Assembly: GCA_044370095.1 (NCBI GenBank)
Contig: JBILWD010000001.1
Span: forward strand, 1-39,883
Source of the DNA: Opitutaceae bacterium
Lineage (GTDB): Bacteria > Verrucomicrobiota > Verrucomicrobiia > Opitutales > Opitutaceae
Direction: 5' to 3'
DNA: 39,883 bases
Shown here: positions 35,501 to 39,883 of the stretch, piece after piece
Numbering within the stretch: the first letter of the stretch is position 1
Layout: each line of letters starts with the position of its first letter
Program-made: the position numbers and the translations under genes
The notes under the pieces: model-generated
Database searches by the model: none
What the model was told of the DNA's origin: nothing
Seen by the model: only the letters and a program-made list of their open reading frames with translations

Positions 35501-37635
35501 GCCGAAAGCTCGACGCCGAATTCGCGCCCGACGGTCTTCGCGAACTCCACCGCCAGAATTGAATCCATCCCCAGGTCGGTCAGCCGCGCCTCCGCGCGCA
35601 CCCGCTCCGGCGGCACCATCAGCACCTGCGCCAACCGCCCCCGGAGGCGCTCGCGCACCGCGGACTCGCCCGTCGGCACGGCCTCCGGCGGCGGCGCCAC
35701 GACCGCCGCGACTACCGGATCCGCCACGCGGCGCAGGCGGACCGCCGGACGCGGGGTCGCCCCCGGGAGAGGCGCCGGCGGCGTTACCGGAGCGGGCACC
35801 GCCGGCGCCAGCGCCACCGCGACCGGCGCTCCGGAAGCGGTTGCCACCGGCCGTTCCCCGCCCGCGGCAGCCGGCCCCCACGCCGCTCCCGGCCGCACCA
35901 CGATCCGGCCGCCCTGCCGGTCGTACCAGATCTCCTCCCCCGCGAAGGGATAACCGGGCAGGTGCAATCGCCGGACCGTTTGCCCCGCGAACTCCGCCGC
36001 CCAATCCACCGCCGCGCCCGCCACCCAAGCGGCGCCCGCGGGAACGCCCGGCTCCCGCGCCGCTCCCAGCGCCACCCCTTCACCCCGCAAGACCTCCGGC
36101 TCCCCGGGCATGGTTTCCCCGGCCGCCGCGGCCAACCCGTGCGGCACGTCGTCACCCGAGGCGGCCCGGAACGCCAGCCGGCAGGCGAAAGGAGTGCGCC
36201 CCACGGCGAGCGTGTAGGCGAAGTCGGCCACCGCCACGCCCGGGTTGGCTTCCCACCACTGCCGCAGCGCCGCGACCCGCGCTCCGAGCGCCACGGGCGT
36301 CCGCGCCGAGAGGATCACCCAGTACGGCCCCGCCGGCGCCGGCCGGTCCGGCGCCGCCGGGGCCTCCTCGAGCACCGCGTGGCAATTGGTGCCCGCCAGC
36401 CCGATACCGGAGATCGCCGCGCGGCGCGGATGCGGGCCGTTCGGCGGCCACGGTTCGGCGGCCGTCGCAAAGGTGAACGGCCACGTCGCCGCGTCGATCG
36501 CCGGATGCAGGTCGCGGAAACGGACCTGCGGTGGGATGATCCGGTGCCGCAACGCGAGCAGCAGCTTGATGATGCCCCCCACCCCGGCCGCGGAAAAACC
36601 GTGCCCGAGGTTGGCCTTCAGCGAGGCCAGCCGGCACCGGTGGTCCGGCCGCGGTCCGCCGATCGCCTCCGCCAGCGCCGCCGCCTCCACCGGATCGCCC
36701 CGGGGCGTACCCGTGCCGTGCGCCTCCACGTACTGGAGCGTCAACGGGTCCACCCCTGCCGCGGCATGGACTTCCCGCATCAGCGCCACCTGGGCCGGCG
36801 CGCTCGGGACCGTGATGCCCCCCGGGGTCGTGCCCCCGTGATTCGCGCCGATGCCCCGAATCACCCCGTGGATCGCGTCCCCGTCCGCCAGCGCATCCGC
36901 CAACCGCTTCACCACCACCGCCGCCATCCCCTCCGCCGGCAAAGTGCCCTGCGAGGCCGCGTCGAACGGCCGGCACTCGCCGCCCGGCGCCAAAACGCCG
37001 GCGGACGACAGGATGCGCAGACTCTTGGCCGTCAAAAACAGGTTCACCCCACCCGCCAGCGCCAAATCCACCTCGCCGCTGGCCAGGGCCTGACAGGCCA
37101 AATGGAGCGCGATGAGCGACGAGGAGGACGCCGTGTCGACCGCCAGCGCAGGTCCGCGCAGGTTGAGGTGGTAAGCGACCCTCCCGGCCAGATAACACGC
37201 CGCCCCGCCGACCTCGTGCGGTCGCGGCGCGCGGGCCGTGGCCACGGTGAGCAGGTCGTGGTAATCATTCATCATCGACCCCACCACCACCGCACAGCGC
37301 CGGCCCGCGAGCGTCTCGGCCGCATAGCCCGCGTCCTCGAACGCGTTCCACGCTTCCTCCAAAAACATCCGCTGCTGCGGATCCATCACCGCGGCCTCCG
37401 CCGGCGAGATCCCGAAAAACTCCGCGTCAAACCGCTCCACCTCATCTAAAAAGCCGCCCACCGGCTCTTCCGCCGGCGACTCGGCCTGTAAACCGGCAAA
37501 ATCCCAATATCGGGCCCGATTCGCCGGCACTTTACCCGTTACCTGCCGCCCTTCCCGGAGAATTTTCCAGAGTTCACCGGCATTTTTTGCTCCCGGGAAG
37601 CGGCCAGAATAACCCACCACCGCGAAATCGGGCAT
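30085..37635 (-). CDS. Hybrid trans-AT PKS/NRPS (ORF A), 2516 aa: KS(C->S)-ACP-ACP-ACP-KS(divergent, probably non-elongating)-ACP-C-A(core)
   Basis: ORF track 2516 aa. Motifs: DTASSSS/HGTGT/NLGH; GMDSI, GMDSI, GLDSI; DTACTSS/HSPAT/NVGH; GFSSL; HHLVCDG; A1-A7. Ends YRTGDLVRHA*. Confidence 0.92.
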   Translation of the reverse strand: MPDFAVVGYSGRFPGAKNAGELWKILREGRQVTGKVPANRARYWDFAGLQAESPAEEPVGGFLDEVERFDAEFFGISPAEAAVMDPQQRMFLEEAWNAFEDAGYAAETLAGRRCAVVVGSMMNDYHDLLTVATARAPRPHEVGGAACYLAGRVAYHLNLRGPALAVDTASSSSLIALHLACQALASGEVDLALAGGVNLFLTAKSLRILSSAGVLAPGGECRPFDAASQGTLPAEGMAAVVVKRLADALADGDAIHGVIRGIGANHGGTTPGGITVPSAPAQVALMREVHAAAGVDPLTLQYVEAHGTGTPRGDPVEAAALAEAIGGPRPDHRCRLASLKANLGHGFSAAGVGGIIKLLLALRHRIIPPQVRFRDLHPAIDAATWPFTFATAAEPWPPNGPHPRRAAISGIGLAGTNCHAVLEEAPAAPDRPAPAGPYWVILSARTPVALGARVAALRQWWEANPGVAVADFAYTLAVGRTPFACRLAFRAASGDDVPHGLAAAAGETMPGEPEVLRGEGVALGAAREPGVPAGAAWVAGAAVDWAAEFAGQTVRRLHLPGYPFAGEEIWYDRQGGRIVVRPGAAWGPAAAGGERPVATASGAPVAVALAPAVPAPVTPPAPLPGATPRPAVRLRRVADPVVAAVVAPPPEAVPTGESAVRERLRGRLAQVLMVPPERVRAEARLTDLGMDSILAVEFAKTVGREFGVELSAGRLYDFASLEGLARHLAAARGGEAAAPVRSGFAAAPRLTLRPAGAVAGETAPAVSPAVARPVLPISPVPPATRPAAEVRERVRQAVARVLFVSPERVTDDARLPALGMDSILAVELAKALGQEFGVTLPAARLYDFASVAELGAFLAPASEPTVPASTQSISTAKPPLPAETGGGAAVAGGTAGLPLVLELLADALLADPARVAPDTAFTALGLDSILAVEFTRKLQARLGRPVPTALLYDQVTPRRLAAWLEEQGGAPPAAAAPTDTPTPASAVAPTPVSGFLAPERRPAPRLDLTPTPRVVSAPSPSPAVAPTSAGAPGGFGPVAVVGFAGRFPGARTVEEFWELLREGRSALGPWPAERGPAGTGAERWAGCVEGVDEFDPAFFGLSADEAARMCPQHRLLLLEAWRALEHAGQVPDGRPRDRAGIYVGVGTSDHARRLPAGDPDVYAGHQSAALPARLAYLLNWRGPCLAVDTACTSSFTALELACGALATGATEVALVGAVHVNAGDDHRAAIAGLGLLSPTGQCRPFAAEANGWVLGEAAVAVVLKRLEDARRDGDKIHGVIRAWGTGQDGAKNGLWAPHSAGQSALQRRVHAAAGITAADLDYLEVHSPATTLGDEVELLALADSRGRGGPPVAVGTLKPNVGHAMAASGLVGLVKVLLSLRHGRLPPIADLGAVNPALRLGEGPFRLVAAEEPWPGRPGRPRRAAVNGQNGLGGNGYLIVEEAPAWAAEAVAAAGPQAIVLSARGPERLRAAAEQLRVALEGVAEAEFPRIAATLQLDRAALPDRLALVAGSIAEVRAALGDFLSGRRRPGLLAGSAEASDEGIALLVEGPEGREFVAAALARGARDKLVRLWRHGVAIDWRILYPQGRPRAWPLPLYPFARDRVAPPAAGRGCAAAARGGEEPGAALRRVLARLAGWSAEAVVAELEVRALGFSSLQLLRAADQVARATGRRLPVSAFAEARTVGELAERLRGAPAALDPEPAGVTAATEWPLGAGQAAIWRWERAHPGATAYHLPVALRWPETAAAELAAALRGVEHDFPALRLRFRAVDGEVRQAVGEGGIELACRDGRAWTDDEWAAELERFRREPFALAEGRSWRAAWVRRPDGPWLLLALHHLVCDGHSLGLILARLEARLAARRDGREPAPWPARTLAAAVAAEPARLAGPAGAAARDFWRGRFPRGLPEVLPRPRRAAASAGLVLERSVPAATWTGLLATAAAANVTPQAVALAAWLALLAADTGRPEVVTAVAVDLRGDDDELATAGHHVNLLPIPGRIEPDEPFTVLAARVFRSLLEALEHRRHPFPVVARDLAERTGDSAAGALETCLYFQAASDPAVRGVLDRLVPGIQQTGEFALAAELLEGAAGWRCHLKFRPAWIAAPRAERLLDRYLTLLARVAGGAEHAVGALTRPERFAFPATDVATLIARQARQTPDAPAVRTDAGTLTHGELSAAANRLAARLVERGVRPGDLVAVCLPRTLELPVALLAVWRAGAAYVPLDPVYPPERLAAMVADSGARFALTAPGAGFAPVGLECLDVSGCAAPGPAVAPPPVAPDPARPAYVIYTSGSTGRPKGVRVTQRNLTHFLCAMAERPGFTAADEVLAITTVCFDIAALELFLPLITGGALDLVPAEVARSGTRLRARLEAGGATVVQATPATWQMLLAAGLGEVRRVRALCGGEAWDAALATELLGRVGELWNMYGPTETTVWSTAGRVTDPARRGLGEPVGNTGIHVLDEAGRPVAPGETGELYLSGDGVAEGYHGQPVLTAERFVNLAAAGGVRAYRTGDLVRHA
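34740..35660 (-). repeat. Tandem ACP triplet; ACP1 and ACP2 are clear duplicates
   Basis: VRERLRGRLAQVLMVPPERV..LGMDSILAVEFAKTVGREFGVELSAGRLYDFAS versus VRERVRQAVARVLFVSPERV..LGMDSILAVELAKALGQEFGVTLPAARLYDFAS. Third copy: LGLDSILAVEF..LLYD. Confidence 0.88.
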
Positions 37636-37662
37636 CGGCGTAGGAAACGGAGCGTGGGCCGC

Positions 37663-37854
37663 CTAGGGCCGGCGCGGATCTTTAGCCTGGGTCGGGTACG
37701 GGCTGGCGCCGATAAGGGCCAGCGTCCCGATCACAGGAGTGACCAGCATCGAGAAAAAGAAAAATCCCCAGAAGCCAAACGCCCGCTGGCGCCCCGCAAA
37801 GCCCACCACGAGGCAAAGGAGGACGTAGACCGAGACGAGGAGCGGCGTGACCAC
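37663..37854 (-). CDS. Small two-helix membrane protein of unknown function (63 aa)
   Basis: Two hydrophobic stretches (LLVSVYVLLCLVVGFAG; FGFWGFFFFSMLVTPVIGTLALIG) separated by RQR. Packed 17 bp after the upstream gene and 27 bp before ORF A. Confidence 0.75.
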   Translation of the reverse strand: MVTPLLVSVYVLLCLVVGFAGRQRAFGFWGFFFFSMLVTPVIGTLALIGASPYPTQAKDPRRP

Positions 37855-37871
37855 AGGCCGGGGCCCTCGGG

Positions 37872-38396
37872 TCAGGCGGCGGCCGGAGCCGGCTCCGCCG
37901 CGACCTTGCGGCCGACTTGGTACTGGCTCGCGAAGAAATCGCGGACCTTGTTCACATCGAGATCGAGCAGCGTGCCGCCCTCTTCAAAGTGCTTCACGAA
38001 GACCTTGCCCAAGGCATAGGTCACCGCACCGGAAACCGCCGGAAGAGCCAAGAGACCGCCGATCACGGCGCCAAACCCGGGGAGGACCTTCAACATCGAA
38101 CCGACCACCCCGGCCGCGAGCACGCGGGAACTGAGCGTACCGACGAGCGCGGCCACCACATTGCGCGCCACGTTCTCCTTGAACGGGACGCGGTAGAGGT
38201 CGGAGAGCTGCTTGATCATCAGCACCTGCACGCCACCGAGCGCGGCGAGATCCACCCCAGGCGGGAGCACCGGCACGGCCGCCACTCCAGCCGCGATGTA
38301 GGTGTTGCGCTTCACGATCTTCTGGCTCGCGGCCAGGCGCTCCTCGGAGGACAAAACTTGGATCGGCTCGGATTCGGCGGTCGCGGTGGTCGTCAT
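37872..38396 (-). CDS. DUF697/YcjF-like helical, glycine-rich membrane-associated protein (174 aa)
   Basis: Normal amino-acid composition, unlike the shadow ORFs. Family recognised from memory by motifs: AAGVAAVPVLPPGVDLAALGGVQVLMIKQLSDLY, LKVLPGFGAVIGG, SGAVTYALGKVFVKHFEEGGTLLD. Confidence 0.8.
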   Translation of the reverse strand: MTTTATAESEPIQVLSSEERLAASQKIVKRNTYIAAGVAAVPVLPPGVDLAALGGVQVLMIKQLSDLYRVPFKENVARNVVAALVGTLSSRVLAAGVVGSMLKVLPGFGAVIGGLLALPAVSGAVTYALGKVFVKHFEEGGTLLDLDVNKVRDFFASQYQVGRKVAAEPAPAAA

Positions 38397-38418
38397 AGGC
38401 GGCGGATTTTCTCCTCTG

Positions 38419-38448
38419 GATATGCGCGTTCCCCTCGAGGGTTGTCAA
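38419..38448 (-). promoter_or_regulatory. Possible sigma70-type promoter for the DUF697-PKS operon
   Basis: Perfect TTGACA (38448-38443), with only a weak -10 candidate (CATATC at an 18-nt spacer). Followed by AGAGGAG and the ATG at 38396. Confidence 0.3.
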
Positions 38449-38635
38449 GAGAGCACCGGGCCCGCGACCACCGGGTTTTCACCCCGTACGCAGACTGGAG
38501 GCAGACTGGACGCACCCTGGAGGCACCGCGAAGGCAGCCAGCCGGCGAATCGGCGAACGCCCGGCACCCGGGTCCCAGCAGCTCACGCACCCTCCGCCGA
38601 GCCGCCTCCACTCGCCCAGAAGCCCCAAAAATGAT

Positions 38636-38699
38636 CCCAAAAAAATGGCTGATTTTGACGGCGAGGGGCGTTTTGCCGTCAAAAAGCTGGTTTTTTGGG
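38636..38699. promoter_or_regulatory. AT-rich imperfect inverted repeat in the divergent intergenic region (operator or hairpin candidate)
   Basis: Perfect core TTTTGACGGC-N12-GCCGTCAAAA (38653-38684), extended by outer arms CCCAAAAAA...TTTTTTGGG. Confidence 0.6.
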
Positions 38700-38843
38700 C
38701 CTTCCACGGGAGGTGTCCGCTGCGGCTAAGGCGCGCCAAAGCCGCCCGGCGCGGGTCGGCGCCAGAAGGCTCAGAACGGCGGAATCGCTGAATGAGGCTT
38801 GCGGCAGGCACCCGCCCCCGACCTTCCTAGCGCCCGTCGCCGT

Positions 38844-39233
38844 ATGTCCTCCCCAACCCCTCCTCCTCCCCCTCCGCCCGGTGTGGGCGCGTTTGTCTGG
38901 AACGAGTTCAACACGCACGACCGGCCAGGCGCGGCCCGGTTTTACCAGGACCTCTTTGGCTGGCAGATGGACCAGTACGCGCAGGGCGGGTTGGAGTCCT
39001 CCCTCTTCCGCGTCGGGGACCGTCAGGTGGCGGGGTTGGTCGACAACCCAGATCCCCACGGCAAGCCGTTCTGGCTCTCCTACGTGCGCGTCGCGGACCT
39101 CGACGCGACCTGCGCGCGGGTGCACGCCCTCGGCGCGAAGGTGGTGCTGCCCATCACCGTGGTGCCGAATGTGGGCCGGATCGCCGTGCTCGAGGATCCG
39201 CAGGGCGCGTACCTCGGATTATTCCAAACTTGA
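38844..39233 (+). CDS. VOC family (glyoxalase/bleomycin-resistance-like) protein, 129 aa
   Basis: ATG at 38844 within track ORF 38799..39233. Motifs FVWNEFNTHD..AARFYQDLFGW, WLSYVRVADLDAT, GAKVVLPITVVPNVGRIAVLEDPQGAYLGLFQ. Confidence 0.9.
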   Translation: MSSPTPPPPPPPGVGAFVWNEFNTHDRPGAARFYQDLFGWQMDQYAQGGLESSLFRVGDRQVAGLVDNPDPHGKPFWLSYVRVADLDATCARVHALGAKVVLPITVVPNVGRIAVLEDPQGAYLGLFQT

Positions 39234-39883
39234 AACCAGCGGCGCCAACCTCCGCGCCAGCCGCCGCGCGACCCTGGCCCCGGGGCCCGCGCGGTGGCCT
39301 GCTGGGTGGCCACGTGCGGGAATTCGCCGCCGATCCACTCGCGTTCCTCGACCGGTGCACCCGCGAGCACGGCGATTTCGTACCGCTCCGCTTCCTGCAC
39401 CAGAAGGCCGTCCTCCTGAATGACCACGACGCCATCGAGGCCGTGCTGCTGACCCAGAGTCGCCGGTTCCGCAAGGTGCCGGGCGGCGGAAAATCCTTCG
39501 TCGACCGCGTCTTCGGCCAAGGCCTGCTCACCAGCGAGGGCCCCTTCTGGGTGCGCCAGCGCCGCCTGATGCAGCCCGCCTTTCATCGCCCGCGCGTCTC
39601 GGCCTACGCCCCGGTGATTGTCGATTATGCCCAGGAACTGATGGCCGGCTGGCGCGACGGCGAGACGCGCGAGCTGCACGGCGACCTCTCCGGCCTCGCG
39701 GCCCGCGTCCTGATCCGAGCCTTGTTCGGCACGGAGGTGCCGCCGGAAATCGGCGCCTTCGAACGGCTCTCCCTCGAGTCGATGCGCGAGATGCGCGCCC
39801 GGCGCGGACTACTGGGCTTCCTCCGCGGACTCTGGCCCGGGGATTTCTCCCGCCGCTTTCACGCGATGATGGACGGTCTCGAC
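39230..39883 (+). CDS. Cytochrome P450 (N-terminal part; runs off the right edge)
   Basis: TTG at 39230 overlaps the VOC stop (TTGA). Translation: ...PRGPRGGLLGGHVREFAADPLAFLDRCTREHGDFVPLRF...VFGQGLLTSEGPFWVRQRRLMQPAFH..., a typical P450 N-terminus and C-helix WxxxR. The heme Cys motif lies outside the window. Confidence 0.88.
   Translation, partial: MKPAAPTSAPAAARPWPRGPRGGLLGGHVREFAADPLAFLDRCTREHGDFVPLRFLHQKAVLLNDHDAIEAVLLTQSRRFRKVPGGGKSFVDRVFGQGLLTSEGPFWVRQRRLMQPAFHRPRVSAYAPVIVDYAQELMAGWRDGETRELHGDLSGLAARVLIRALFGTEVPPEIGAFERLSLESMREMRARRGLLGFLRGLWPGDFSRRFHAMMDGLD

Noticed and set aside
789-37268. Numerous short alternative-frame ORFs on both strands
   Set aside because: They are low-complexity R/G/P/A translations lying wholly within the PKS genes, as expected at this GC content.
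1-37635. cis-AT, ER or thioesterase domains
   Set aside because: I found no GHSxG/YASH/HAFH AT motifs, ER signature or TE in the translated frames. The post-KS segments are only short flanking subdomains.
38393-38811. ORFs 38393..38707 (-), 38479..38811 (-) and 38302..38634 (+) in the intergenic gap
   Set aside because: They have no recognisable protein features and cross the AT-rich palindrome. The gap is better explained as a divergent promoter region.
38847-38880. C-rich tract as a contingency or phase-variation repeat
   Set aside because: It is an in-frame, mixed-codon poly-Pro N-terminal tail of the VOC protein, with no long pure homopolymer.
39080-39679. 199-aa minus-strand ORF
   Set aside because: It is an antisense shadow of the VOC and P450 genes.
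1-39883. CRISPR array, tRNA/rRNA, IS or integrase
   Set aside because: I saw no regularly spaced repeats or such genes. Repeated DNA words correspond to conserved KS, KR and ACP motifs.

Overview
This very GC-rich window is almost entirely (1-37635, minus strand) the 5' part of a trans-AT PKS/NRPS hybrid assembly line; none of its modules has an AT domain. In transcription order: ORF A (37635-30085) is KS(Cys->Ser)-ACP-ACP-ACP-KS(divergent)-ACP-C-A(Gly, core only). ORF B (30092-22068) is A-subdomain-carrier-KS-DH-cMT-ACP-KS-DH-KR(structural half). ORF C (22071 to beyond the left edge, >7350 aa, missing from the ORF track because it has no stop in the window) is KR(catalytic half)-cMT-ACP-KS-KR-ACP-KS-ECH-ACP-KS-DH-KR-ACP-KS-DH-KR-ACP-KS-LLM monooxygenase-KR-ACP-KS(partial). 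Both gene junctions fall inside catalytic domains and carry no docking sequence. Upstream and co-oriented are a DUF697-like protein and a 63-aa membrane protein. Across a palindrome-containing intergenic region lie a divergent VOC/glyoxalase gene and a cytochrome P450 that is cut by the window edge. The huge plus-strand ORFs are antisense shadows. Domain boundaries are approximate and come from manual translation and motif recognition; no database searches were run.
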